NCBI GenBank assembly: GCA_037379345.1
Contig: CM074512.1
Location: 66,051,597 to 66,115,596 of the forward strand
Origin: Perna viridis
Taxonomy: Eukaryota
Length of the DNA stretch: 64,000 nucleotides
Reading direction: 5' to 3'
Shown: positions 1-13,500 of the stretch, one piece after another
Position numbering within the stretch: position 1 is the stretch's first letter
Layout: every line of letters starts with the position of its first letter
The notes under the pieces: generated by a model
The model's input: the letters and a program-made list of their open reading frames with translations, nothing else
Databases searched by the model: none
Told to the model about the DNA's origin: nothing
Program-made: the position numbers and the translations under genes

Positions 1-376
1 CACATTAGTTCTTATTTTTATTTGGTGGGGTTATACTTTACAATGTTTGCCATCTTAACATTTATAGTAAACATATTTCAGTAACTGACAATTATAGCCT
101 CGTGAATTTCGCATTGATAGGTGTTTCTCTCTGTGCCCCATTGACTGAAATATGTATAACTGCATTAATTTAGCTTCAACTGAATGTGATATTTGAGTTG
201 CACGTCATTAAATCAGACGAGCACGGCAGGTTCAAAAATGAATTTGTATATACAATGTAGAATGTGAAGTATTTTATACTGATAAACTGACGCTACCAAT
301 ACAGATTTAACAGATTCATACTTGAAAATAACACATCAAGAATAATCATATTTTAAGTCATTATTTGTATGCTTAC

Positions 377-461
377 TGAGCATCTAAATCTACAGTGAAA
401 TATTTATCTGTTCTCAGTACTATTGGTGGAAATACTACATTTATCTGAAATTTAGGCAACA
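377..461 (-). CDS. TEP coding exon 8 (start of MG3)
   Basis: (V)LPKFQINVVFPPIVLRTDKYFTVDLDA; tcttttcag / GTAAGC. Confidence 0.9.
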
Positions 462-3400
462 CTGAAAAGACAGAAAAATAAAAAGACGTTCCATGAAGGT
501 CAAGCATTAAATATACATCACATTGTTCTTCGAAACAAGATTTTCCCACTTATGTTTGATGAATGGTCAATTTTAGTTGTTTGATATATACTATCATTGG
601 AATGCGGAATAAACTTCCCAGGTAATTAAAAAAATATGTTTATGAACCTTTAAGAATTATGGAAATCATTTCGGGAATGAACAAAATTCCGTGATTTGTA
701 CATATCGAATGGTCATGAAATTAAACATCGTTTATTGTATATATAAAGTCTCTCGATTCGACAACTTGACTACGTAATGTCACGGTTGGTGTTCTGCAGT
801 AAGCTTGACTTAATCGCCTATCAAAACACATTATTACATTGATTAGTTTTAGTGGGGTTCTTGGTGATTGTTATTTTTCACTTTATGATTGGATCCTTTG
901 TGCTTAATGACAAGTTTTTTGTTTTGTTTTGTTTTGTTGTTGTTGTCATTCACTCATATGATTTTTTTTTTTTTTTTTTTTTGTGTGGGGAGGGGAAGTG
1001 GGGTTCCATTATACTCTTTCTATGCTTAAAGCTACTTACCATATTTCTCTACTGTAAACGACTTCGTGTACTTTTCTTGCTGAAGAATATTTATATTGTA
1101 TTGTAAAGTTAAAGCATACTTTATAAATAAATAGGGTATTAAACTTCTGTTTGTTTTGACTTAATGACTGTTAAAAATAACAAATATTCTTTAACATAAA
1201 TGAACTGATTATTTAGCCTAAAACTAGCTGATTTTTTTTTAAATTACAATTTACATGAACTTTCTGTATGCATACCTTCTGTTCGACCTTTATGTTCCAT
1301 GATCCAAGGTTTGTTAATGTTGATAGTTGGAATGACCCTGTGAATACACCATACGATGGTTTTACATTCAGGTACTGGTCTACTCGATTACGTTTTGGAT
1401 CCTAAAGAAAATACAAGTTCTGATGGTTTGTTTCGTAAGTGTTACTTACCTTATTTGATTATCTTTCATGATTAAAACCATTAAGTTACATTAGTTTTGT
1501 AGGGAAACATTCTGTAGATTTCTTTAATAAGCCCTGTTTGAAAGCATTGAGTGTCAATACTCTGAAACAGGGTTATTAATAAAATTTAGAGATATTGTGA
1601 TATTACAAAGACAATCATTTACATGTAACTAGATCTTTTTTATGATTTGTTGTCATTGACGCATACGGTAGTTTACATTCATAGAAAGTTATAGAAACTC
1701 TCCTTATAGATAAGCATTAATTGTAGCGAATACAAGTTCAAGGATATAACAATACAAATTATATTAATTTCAAAAGCGAAGAAGTTCAAGTCTAAAATAT
1801 AAGGTCTGATATATACAATGTTTGCTGTGTATCGAGATTTGGTCATGTAACCAACAGATAATCCCATATCATTTGTCGTCGTAAGAAAGGAAATGTTACA
1901 GGAATATGTTCAGCATCAACAAATTTTTCAATTTGACATTTTTATCATATTTGCGAGTTTTGTAGTCATATAACCATGTTGGCTTTTGCTAAACTGACTT
2001 ACCGTGAGTATTACATTTATTGGGTCATTTAGAAATCTTAACCTAGAGTTTGTACCAAACACGCGGAATTGCACTGAAAAAGTAAGAGAGAAAAAACAAG
2101 GTAATACGGACAATACAGTACATTGAAATCATTCGAAAACAGTAAACAATGATAATAGAATAAACATCAAATACAATGAAACAAATATCAAAGATCTACA
2201 TGCATTACGAGTTCTACGTAAACAATAATATTATATTGAGATCAATAGTGAAAAAAAGATATTGGGAATTGTCTGTGAACCAATGTATTGAACAGTCACT
2301 CGATTGGTGAAAGTACCAGAAATATTTTCTTTCGTCTCTAGCAATGAGGTTTTACTCATGCTTGAAGGTCGGTCCTTATTGTATACTTACCCAAAGTAAG
2401 TACAATTTCAAAACAAATACAAAGAGGATTAGTCAGTGAATACAATGTAAAAACATAACACAAATGGAACATTTCGTTTTCTATTTATATCTACATATTA
2501 TTGGCAGATGAAAAAAGGGGGATGAACATGTGATTAATTAAGTTATTAAACTGAAATATATTTTGATATAAATTCCTTGTACGAATATTGGTTCGTCAAA
2601 TTGCAAATAGTTTGGGGACAAATACAACCGCTTAAATAAAAAAAGGGATGACACATTAACAGTGATACCAGAAGTGGTAAGACATGCGGAACATTTATTG
2701 AAAATAGAATTTAAAATATACAATTACTTGATTAATTAAACACCCATTGTTTATTGAGTCAAATCGGTAACTAAAGTTCCGTCATCCTATCTACTTGCAT
2801 ATGAACTTTATTTCATACTTAATTGGTCGGTATTGTCCAGATAACTCTGTTTAAAATAGTCACCCTCTTGTTTGTTTTATAATAGAAAAACGACGAATAT
2901 CCAGGAAAAAAAATGCTACACCTCGTAAAAGCTAGTTTTTAGTGGAGTCCGGGTTTCTCATTAGCTTTAGTTTCTTAGTGCATATTATTTTAGTAACTTC
3001 ATATTCTTTGTTGTCTGTGTCTATTTTGTATACCTAGTCTTTATCATTGAAATATGTTCTTTTTTGCTCGAATCTTGGTTCCCTTCATTACTCTCACATA
3101 CAATGAATATCGGCAAGTATTTGTATTGTCTGTCTTAAGTTTGAAACAGAATATTCATTAATCGATTGATGAAAAAGTTACAACAAACAATTCATTGTAT
3201 TATAGACCATTTTGGGCTTTTTTTCAGCAAGCTTAGATAGTACTTCCGCGAGAAAGATGCTATCCAATCCTGTAAAATCTCTTACAGTTTTAAATCAATT
3301 TTTAGGGAAATAATTACGTTTGCCTCGCGATAGTATTATTTGAGCCTGCCTAGAAATTATTGAAGACTTTGCCGATACCAATGACAATACAATGAAGATA

Positions 3401-5252
3401 ATTATACAATATATACCTAAATCTCCCGGTTTGTAAGCAGCCTTGTCTGTCTGTACAAATATTGACGATGTTTTGGAAAGCATTCTCATATCTGTAACTC
3501 TCTTTGCAAATGATAAACCTCCCATTGACTTTACGTCTAATTGGTAACCGTAACCCACACTTACATTCTGTGGAACCTATATTAATATTGTTAATACTTA
3601 ACTATCGTCCTATTTCAAGTCGTTTGCATTTTTTTTCAGAAAAAAAACTATCAATTGCGATTGAATGGTTTATTTTTCATTTGGTTGAAATAGTTTGAGA
3701 TGAAGATTGAATATTAATGGAATTAAGATACAGCTATTATTGCATCGCGTTTATCAAAAAAATCCTTTAACAACCTGCGTGCTTAAATCGCAGTACTGAA
3801 AATAAAAAAGTAAAATACACTGTATATTTTAACTTAACCTTAATACAAAGAAGATATTTTGTATTTGCAACATGCAGTCAAACAATACTTCATTGTTTTC
3901 CAAGAAATATTGTTTTAATTGAAAATACATAACTTTGAAATTCAGAGTTTTTAAATAGCACTCCAGCTAAGGATCATGCAAAATGTGATTCATGGGTAAA
4001 AAGCCTACATATTTTTATTTTTGATATTTTGTTTGAAATGTCATAGTAAACAGAAATTAACATGTGGTTTTTATATAACCCGTGCTCTTAGGAGATAAGA
4101 ATTATATAGAATGCACTGTAGATTTCAAAATTTAGGGAGATAACTCTGGAAATGGCACTCAAATACAATAGAATCTACTGGATTTTCAATGTGGATTATC
4201 TCCTAAGAGCAGGAAGATTTGAATGAATAATTACACATCTCATAGTATAGACCCATAAAACAACCTAATTACAAAAATAAACATATATAGCCTTTTTTGG
4301 GGTGTATCACATTTTTCAGAATTTGCATGATTCTTACAAAGACAGCTACGTAAGTTATTTTTATACTTTGAATATCTGTGCAATATGTGTTTTTCTTTTA
4401 ATTCAGAAAACATTTTCGAACGTATTATAACTTTCTATTTTCTAAAGTTGATTAAATATTTGATTACCTTTATTTTAATCACTACTGGATCACCTGGAAC
4501 AAATCATTAACAACCTATAATTATCCTCTAGGTTGTTCGACTAAATTCAATTTAAAAAAATGTTATTGTTGATGAATTAAATAAAATTGTTTATTTTATA
4601 TCATACAACATATATTCTTGATATGAGAAAATTTGTCATACTATAGATATGATATAAGCTGTGACCTAAGAACTTGTAAGTGTAATTTTAGTCAGACAAG
4701 AAGTGATTATATTAAAATATCAATTTTTACATCAAAATAAATAACTTTAAGAATTATTGAAAATTCCTTTTTATGTTATTATTTGTATTCTATGAATTTG
4801 TTTTTGGTTAAGTTTCAAAACTAGTACATACTATGCAACAATATATCTTTGTCCGCATACGTTATGGTTTTATTTTTTCTGTTCATAAGTGTAAACTGCA
4901 TGGAAGCAAAGCCCAGATGTCGCACGAGTGGTACCACACATACACTAAACTCATGTCCTGGTCGTATGGACTGCGGGACTGTCACCATATAAGTACTGGG
5001 AAAAAATCAATTTAATATGCGTTTAAAGTTCAAACAATCAAATTAACGTACTTCATTTCCGGCAAAAACAATTTGAGCCATTCATATTTCAAAAAACTTT
5101 CTACATTTATAGGACGTCGATAACGCCCCGTGTCAACAAGAGATGTTATCTTATGTATACTACGTCAGCACAAGTCATTCAACTTACTTTTTACATGCAG
5201 CAAGTACGACTGGAGTCAGTAACAATGCTGTCATAATCATATAGTAATTCAT
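377..5252 (-). CDS. Thioester-containing protein (alpha-2-macroglobulin family, CD109/iTEP-like), 5' portion: signal peptide plus MG1-MG3; continues beyond the left edge
   Basis: Exons (minus): 5188-5252, 4832-4995, 4468-4493, 3417-3576, 2003-2073, 1276-1401, 1040-1079, 377-461. All are GT-AG with compatible phases. Spliced product: MNYYMIMTALLLTPVVLAACKNTYMVTVPQSIRPG...IFVQTDKAAYKPGDLVQFRV...DPKRNRV...GSWNIKV...KSFTVEKYVLPKFQINV. QTDK.YKPG and YVLPKF are A2M-family hallmarks. The thioester motif is not in the window. Confidence 0.92.
1040..1079 (-). CDS. TEP coding exon 7
   Basis: QEKYTKSFTVEKY(V); ttcttcag / GTAAGT. Confidence 0.88.
1276..1401 (-). CDS. TEP coding exon 6 (MG2)
   Basis: DPKRNRVDQYLNVKPSYGVFTGSFQLSTLTNLGSWNIKVEQK. 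Confidence 0.9.
2003..2073 (-). CDS. TEP coding exon 5 (MG2)
   Basis: VQFRVFGTNSRLRFLNDPINVILT; ttttcag / GTAAGT. Confidence 0.9.
2935..3095 (+). mobile_element. Retroelement 3'-tail/SINE-like repeat, family R1 (degenerate)
   Basis: TTTTTAGTGGAGTCCG...CTTGGTTCCCTTCATTACTC. Confidence 0.75.
3417..3576 (-). CDS. TEP coding exon 4 (MG1/MG2)
   Basis: VPQNVSVGYGYQLDV...IFVQTDKAAYKPGDL. Confidence 0.9.
3968..4350. mobile_element. Foldback/MITE-like element
   Basis: TAAGGATCATGCAAA...TTTGCATGATTCTTA with inner IR GCTCTTAGGAGATAA/TTATCTCCTAAGAGC; the right end recurs at about 56670-56730 and 60020-60085. Confidence 0.6.
4468..4493 (-). CDS. TEP coding exon 3 (26-nt microexon)
   Basis: (S)DPVVIKIK; ttgttccag / GTAATC; needed to bridge phase 1 to phase 0. 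Confidence 0.7.
4832..4995 (-). CDS. TEP coding exon 2 (MG1)
   Basis: TYMVTVPQSIRPGHEFSVCV...; ttttcccag / GTATGT; phase 2 to 1. Confidence 0.85.
5188..5252 (-). CDS. TEP coding exon 1 (signal peptide)
   Basis: MNYYMIMTALLLTPVVLAACK; acceptor ttattttag before 5271; donor GTAAGT. Confidence 0.85.
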
Positions 5253-5734
5253 TTTGGGTTTTTTTCTCTACCTAAAATAACAAAAACATTTCTTATCATT
5301 GTTCGATTTTTTTGTTTATAGAGGACAAAGTCCTCGCAATGGTAATCAATGCGAATATGACCTTAGAAGCACTGAGAGTCCAATTTCGGTCAGAAATGAA
5401 CTTTAAATTGTAATACAAAGGGTATTACAAACCAAGAATATTTTTTTTGTATCTTTTATCCTAGTTGATGTAAGAATGTACATGGTATAAGGTTTGCTAT
5501 CTTTTTCAACTATCAATATATTGAAATTTGTCCTCTTACAGGTTATACCTGGCTAATTGTATTTTTCATAATTTTACCTTTTCTACAACCGAAATTTTCG
5601 CATTTCAGAGATATAAAGTTGAATGTAAATAAGAATGCATTGTTTACTTCCTAAAATAATAATATAATAATATTTTAAACATTATGATTATATGATAATA
5701 GGTGTTAGGTCCATTTAGTAAGAATTGAACTTAC

Positions 5735-5870
5735 CAATTGCAATCTGTGTTCTGTGCCTTCAATTTAAAAGAATTAAACTCTTTGTTTAAACATCCATCG
5801 GTTTTTACCGACGTCAGAATAAAACATTATTTAGACGATGGAAGTAGACTGCCCGTTGTGTTTGATTAAG
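5735..5870 (-). other. Probable non-coding first exon (5' UTR) of the TEP gene; 5' end approximate
   Basis: Strong donor TG|GTAAGT after 5735; coding exon 1 is preceded by an acceptor, so an upstream exon is expected. Confidence 0.45.
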
Positions 5871-8800
5871 TTACATATGTGTAGTTTAAGGTGTATTTAC
5901 CAGCTGTGCTAGAACTATTCGTGTTTTCATGTATTAATTCTTTGATTAACATATACGAACAAGTGTATATAAATTCATTTATAGCAATGCTATCCCATAA
6001 TCCAGGGAAGTACAAAGGATCAAAAATTGAATCATTTAATAAAATACGTGACTATTAGGTAATAAACATTTATTTCCAAGGTTATCGAGTTTCATCAATG
6101 GATTTATATAATGTATCAATGACTTGTAATTTAACTGCGTCAATTGCGGTACAAACGGGTCTATTAGGTGTTTGATGTGTCTACATGTGCGTCACGCTAA
6201 GGGAATACCTATATTTTGTAATATGTAACTCATATATTATCAAATAAATATTATCAATTTCGCTCAGTGATTTGATTGTTTCGCAGCAATTTTAGCGTAT
6301 CAGTTTAAGATATGTTTATGTTAACGTCGCAATTACTCTCATGACATTATTAAACGATTAATAGTTTACCACACTCGATCAGGTTAACTGTTATAGTTTG
6401 GTAGTTTATATACGCATTTCTACAGATATAGATTTCGACGTAAGATGAAGTTCGTCGTTTAGGCAACTTGACCAACGTTGATTTAATTCTACTTTCTCAT
6501 TAAAGAGAAAAGATTATTTCTTGTTTTAGCCATGTGAGATTTCCGTAGGGAAGATGAAATACGCAACGTTCGTAACATAACAATTTTTAATTTTATGACG
6601 TCTTGTGAATTCAAAGCTATTTAGGCAAGCAGTGCTATCTAAATTGGCGTACTAATAATAAAATTAAATCAAACGCCGCTAGAAATGCAAGACTATGAAC
6701 TCTCAGACGTCCTTTCTGTTTTATATTGCTTATCTCATATCAGAATCGTTTTAAAGATAAGTAAAATTTCTTAAGGGTACGTCATATTAACTGCGATGTC
6801 GTCGATAAACATAACTCTTAGTCTAGAACAGATTTACAGCACATTAAGATATATCTAGCTTGTTATGCGATTTTTCTCTGTTTTTGTTAACGCAATTATT
6901 CTGAAATATCAAAATTGCTTTATGTAATTATAAATAAAAACAATATGATTATACATTGACGCACAGTAGTTAGCAGTTAAAGGTAAAGCAAAAATACCAT
7001 AATGAGGAACAATATGTATGCAAATCCGAGAACGACGACATGACCAAGATCAATAAATACATAAAAAACGCAAATTAATTTAGGAATAATGACACACAAT
7101 AATGAATAAATAAGCAACCAACTCATAGTTTGTAAGTATATACCATGAGAACCGGTATGATAAGCATTCTCAACTTTTTAGAAATACAGAAATAAACTAT
7201 TTCTGATACTTAACCATTAGACAAGTCCAAATTAATTTAAGATTAAAAAAAAACAAATGGCAAAAATAAACTGAAGCTCAAGCAGCTTAATCGATTTCAA
7301 CATATAATAGTCCTCTTAACACAACTGTTGCATACTTGAGAGTCTAGTTAGACTAATAATAAAAATACTGCAAATAGCTGTATTACTACGTAAAAGTGCA
7401 GCATTTCCTGGGTCACAAGCTTAAATAACAATAATAATTCAAATCCATTTCTCCAGTTTCAGCCATGTAAATTCAAAAGATTTACGGACTCATCTCTTAT
7501 TTTATATCTAACAGGTTATAGTCCTTTGCATCAAGACTGTACATTCACTTAGATATCTAAAATTGCAGGTTTTCAGTCTTGCTTTTCTGCTGGTCTTTTT
7601 TGATCTATGAGCGAGAAAGTAGCTTTGTAACAGAATAAGATTGAAGGAAGACAATAAATGTCTTGTATTCATATTTATGTTAAGAATTGGAGATTCTTTT
7701 CTATACAGGACTTGCATGTCGTTACGTTTTTTTTTTTTTCTTTTGTCTTGATTATTTTTTTTTTTTTTTTTTTTTTTGGCTGTAGTAAAACTTCAGGAAC
7801 TCTTTTGTATTATTGGATTTTGCATTCAATGTCTATGGATTGTTATTTTTTTCTTCATATGATTCTTATTTTTCTAGGTCAAAAGGTTAAAAATCAGTGT
7901 AGAATTCGGCGATCAAATCTTATTTCTTTCAAACGCACGATCGAAAAGGACTCTCCTTTGGTACAAGACATTTAATCAACTTTGTTCATTTGGAATAAAC
8001 ACAAGGAGTATAAATAAAGATGTTACTCGTCGCGTTTCTCATAACAATTTATTTTAATCTAAATCCTGAACCTGATGGGAGTTCAATACAGGACGCAATG
8101 ATATTCAAAAACTTTTATATCTCTGTTTTTTTTACAAACTACAAACAGGCTTTTCCGATATTGTCAAGGACATATGCTTTCTAGGGCCGAAAATAACCAT
8201 GTTTTGATGGGTAATGAACATTTGACTTTTGGTAGTATGACAGAGTACCATTAAGAATTAATCATTCCGAAAGGGTTGTGTTCATACTTAGAATAAATGC
8301 ATGTTTAAAAATTTTAATTTACAATTTCAGTCTCAGTGTGTGATTTTATAATGTAGTTTTCTGATTTTACCCAAACACGTGTGAGCTATGAGATGCAGAT
8401 TAACACTATTTAAATATGTATACACTACAAAAGGTAAACATCCCTCCACCATCAATGTTCGTTACGTTTATGATTTGGTTTTAGAAAGCCAGCATCACTA
8501 GCCTTGAATCGAGACCGTTGATCTCTCTTTTTCTTTAAATCGTGTTTTCTTCTTGAACTAATAACCTTCAGGGTTTAATTGTGCTATCCGAACTATATCG
8601 AATAGTGAACTGAATACGAGTGTATTAACTGGGGTAGAATTTTAAATTGATATTAATTTGATTATGTAAAACATAATTATAAACATGATGGTTTAAATTG
8701 AATGTTCTTTTCAATATTACCTTTTTTATAAACTGATATACTTATTATCATTTCTTTTTTTTAAAACATGGATTGTTTTCTTCATTGTGTGATTGTGCAT

Positions 8801-10464
8801 ATTTTAATTGTTTTACAGGCGATGGACACATTATATGAAGGTAAATTCAAGTTCAAATCACGACGAACATTTTTTCATCCATCTACATTTCGATGAAAAA
8901 ATTCTACATTATAAACATATGTTAAGAACTACTAATTTCGAAAATTAAGAAAAAAAAATAATTGTCCCTTTTGAATATAGATTAATTTTTCGTTTAACTT
9001 TTATATTTAAACGTTCTTTAATATTCAATTTGTCCCATATTAAAATTTGAAATCGAACAAAAGTGGGTAAACAGACGTGTACATTTAAAATATTTGTTCC
9101 TGTATGTCAGAAACAAGGACAATATGGGTAAAATAAACATATTTTAACACAGTGTCTGTGTTTCTGTTTGCTTTCATCCTTTTTCAAACAATTCCCCATT
9201 TGAAAGTAATAAACCCTTGAAAGACTTATTAGAACTTCACAATGCGGATGATCAACACCATTATAAATTTGTGTGAATTTTTTGGGGTGTTTTTGTAATT
9301 TCCCAAACAGTTATATACTTGTTGGAATGCTAGATCAAGTAACGGATTTACGATTTATTGGGTTATATAGACATATTTCGTGTTGACAGGGTAAGTAATT
9401 TTTTTTCAAAACTCTCGTTTAACGTTTTAATTTTCATTTTTTTTCTTTCTTTAATATTTTATCTAGGTGTTCATTTTAGGACATAAAGAAGTATAATAAA
9501 CATTTCATATCCACAAATATGTTTCCTGGTGATTCAATGGATTTATTTATGAAGGTAAATTCTTAGATAAGATTTCAATCAAGGAACAAAGTACAAAAAA
9601 ATCACATCAATTAGGTAAAACAATCTGTGAAGCAAATGTGTCGTTTATATTCCGTTTCATGGTCTTATATTTATTAAATCTCATATAGATGAAATAGACA
9701 ATTTTAATATCTCGTGAAAATCAGAAAATCACATTTTTTTCATACTGCATATGATATTTAATCATCATTAAACGTTGTAGTTAGCCTTTTTAAAAATTAA
9801 ATAATGTTTTCAAATATATAACATCATGTTAATCTCTGCTATTCGGCCCACTCAATACACAAATCCACATACCTTTAACAACAAATATATGAATATTTTT
9901 TGCAAATATTTTTTTTTTATTTTCAACGGAACAGGTAATTAGTCTTTTTTTTTTAAATTAATGAATCGATTTTATCCTATTTCTTTGTCTACTACAATAC
10001 ATTATGAGGTCAAAAGTCAAATATTGCAATTAAAAACACTAATGTACTATAATAGTCCATCATTCATGACGTAGAGTAATGAAACAGATGTAGTTGGAAG
10101 CAACAACTGTTTGTTTTACAATAGAGCAAATACAACTGCCACTTCTATTGTCATTACCGCAAAACGAGTATTTCATACCCAAACTGCAAGCTCGTCAATA
10201 TGATATATGCTCGGCACAACATTTACCATTATGAACGCAATAACCTTATACAAAATAGAACAATATTATACAATATCTATACAGGAGCAGTGTACTAACT
10301 CAAGTGCTGAACAAATGTGCTTAAAAGTTGCTTATAGCAAGTCTAAGAACCAATATTTTGTTATCTGCAGTACCTCCTTTTACATTTATTTTTTATTTAC
10401 ATTTCATTGCTCAATTATTTATTACGTTTTTATTTTACAATCGTTGTTTTTTCAGCACCCAGCT

Positions 10465-10538
10465 ATGTCTTTTTCTGTCTTGGAAATACTCATTGATACG
10501 GTGCTGAATACGGAAACAGCTAATACTACCTCAACTAG
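10465..10538 (+). CDS. STRA6-like A exon 1
   Basis: MSFSVLEILIDTVLNTETANTTST; same length (74 nt) as B exon 1. Confidence 0.75.
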
Positions 10539-13500
10539 GTATGCTGTACTTGTTAAAATAGATTATACAAATATCGAAAGAGAAATGTGTTGCATTTCCG
10601 TTTTACTTTTCACAATACCATTAAAATGCCGAAAGACATAATTTAGTCATAAATGTGACCTTTTTCATTAAGTGACCATGTTATATGGAACGTGTAGGTG
10701 TACTAGCGGTAAGTTTATTACCACGTCAATTTATTCACTGAAATTCATATTTTTACAAGTTTCCAAGAGGATACTTATATATCTTTCTAATTGACTATTT
10801 AGCTCTGCGTGTACAACAGGAGATGTTCTAGATACCGATGCTCAGTATCTTTTCTATCAAATAATGGTGGTTCCGTCTATGAGTACATGTATATTCATTT
10901 AGAAAATACATCAAAATGTAGACAATGTCGATTGACTTATAAATGTATAATGAATATACGTTCGGATCACCAGACAAGCTGGTCAACGCAGATATTTTAA
11001 CATAAAAAGTCCATTGATTGAAAGGACAAATAAAAGGCAAAGGTATTTTGAATGAGGAATAGTTAAAATCGATAAAATGGATAGGAGTAAATTAACAAGT
11101 CGTTACAAAATAAATAACTGTGTTTAACAACGGGTGTTTGTAAAATTGGTGTGTCTTTTTTTTACGATTTCCATCATCAACATTTGCAATCTCACACCAC
11201 GCAAAAGGTATATGTTAAAGCATTATTTTTCATCACATGATTTTTAGTTTCTAGAATTTGTCATCCTTTCATTCCTGATTAAAAGGAAATCAAAATATCC
11301 GGATAAATGTTGGTCACGTCCTGGAATTCTGTTGTGAGTATTTACATAATGTAACTTAAAGTTTGGCATACTACAAACATATGTATCTTGCTTATTCAAA
11401 AAAATCTGATTTCACAATGTCCAATTTTAGCATATTTATTTTTCCTAAAAATTTAAAATATAAAATAAGATTTTTTTATACGATAGACAGAAACTTTATC
11501 GGACCATGAATTATGATTCGTGAGCAATCTCTGACTTATAAGTAATATACTGCTACTTTTTTTCTATTTATAGCATTGAAAATACATAGAACGATATTCA
11601 GAAATGATATATCGTCATAGACCGAATATATCTATTTATCATGTCAAAAATATGGTATTGTCTTTAAGTTACAAGGATACCACAGGTTTGGATCAAAATT
11701 GCTGTTTTGGATTATTTTCTTAGATTAAAATAATGTGTTTCCCGATTATTAGAATAATGTGAATAACAATAGAATGACTTGCCAAAAATTTGACACAAAC
11801 TTGCGGGTTTAAGCTATATCCATATATATGTTTTATATGCATTTCGTTCAGTTTATTTTATTTTATTTTTTTTCATATCACGTACAATCTGTTGTTTCAC
11901 GAGTTCAACTTTGGAGCAATACTTTTACCTGTTATTTGTAACACCTCGAGTTATTAATAATATACTTTTTCGGAAATAAAATCAATATTTCCAGTCCAAT
12001 GAATTTGTATGAGACACAGAACAGAATGTCCTTCGTAGCAGCATTTAGTTCCATATCTTTCCTGTTTTATGAAGTCATCTTGAACGCTAGATACATCTTT
12101 CCATTTACAGGACATTTAGGGATACGCTGTGAGTGTTAACAAAATACTGAAATAAGCTTTTCTATTTTTCTTCATATAGAAGTAATCGATGTTAAGGTTT
12201 GGTTGCGATGTAATTTTACGGGTTTTCATTTCATATATCTGTAAATCACAATTGTGTTCAGCACTTTATCAGCTGATTTACTGCGATTCTTAGAACCAAA
12301 GTACAGAGGCATGTGTTTTAATTACTGTCTTTGATATAAAAAAAAGGGTCAAAGAAATAAACTACGCTCGTCGATTTCAAAGTAGTCTAATAATACCAAA
12401 AAAAAATTTTTAAGTACCAAAAAAAAACTTTAAATAAAAAAACAACATACATATTTTTATTATACAATAATACATGTGGTGCCGTGCGAAAAATTCTGAA
12501 AGAGATAGAATGGGTTTTGAACCTGCAGAGTATTATTTATTTTTAAAATACACAACAACGAAAATACGAGTTTTAATCAGCCCTTTATATTTTGTGACAT
12601 AAATCAATTATTTCATTTCAGTTTTTGTAATTTTGTTATCTGTGATATGTTACGGGTTTATCTACTTTCCAATATTTGCCGCATTGACTTTGAGATCACC
12701 GATTGGATATGTATTCGGAAGCCTCCACGTTTGGGTTTTTGTTTACAAGGCATATGATGACACATTTAGCTGTGCATCAGATATTGACAGTGTGAGTATA
12801 TATAAACATTCATGATTTATGAAAACTGTCCATTTGACAACGATCTCATCTCAACTTTTATTATTAAATTGCAACAAAAGATTATCTCTTGCTAGTAACA
12901 TCACTTAGAATCAGTCGATAAAATATATATCGCTGCTGGTAGAAATATGATCTAAAACAGTTGTGAATACTTAATCACAAGGTAATACATCTAAAAAACA
13001 CAACTTTCTAGAGATGCTCATCTAACTTCAAACCTAGGTTAAAATGAAAGCGCGAATCATAAACATTAAACACAAATATCTAGACGTACGATTAATCATT
13101 TGTTTGTTTCTCTTTTTTTTCAGTTAGATCAGTTTCTGCTGGTTGTGAGGAACTGGCCGAAAGTTTTGTCTATTACATATCTAGGTATAGCCATGCCTAT
13201 ACGATTCTTTATATCTCTAGGAATATTTCCTCATATACCAGTAATTCACCCAAAAAATAATATCAGTCCGGATATAAATAGTCTTGACCATATAAGGACT
13301 TCGCACCTAGGACGACATGTCAGGAAAATATTTCATGAACCGGCAGAAGTTGTAACTAAGGAGGAGTAAGTATTAAACACAAATACGACTAGTTTTTGCA
13401 CAAATAAAACCAATATATTCATTTCGTATTCCAAGTAATAAATTATATTTAATTAAATAAATATTGTTTTTACGACTTTTTAATAAAGCACTTCCCAGGC

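Noticed and set aside
1-376. Next TEP exon (expected YTFGKPV-like)
   Set aside because: The acceptor-like site near 165 gives no homologous frame, so the exon must lie outside the window.
10879-11247. U12-type AT-AC intron
   Set aside because: The donor is ATGAGT rather than ATATCC, and the acceptor is AG.
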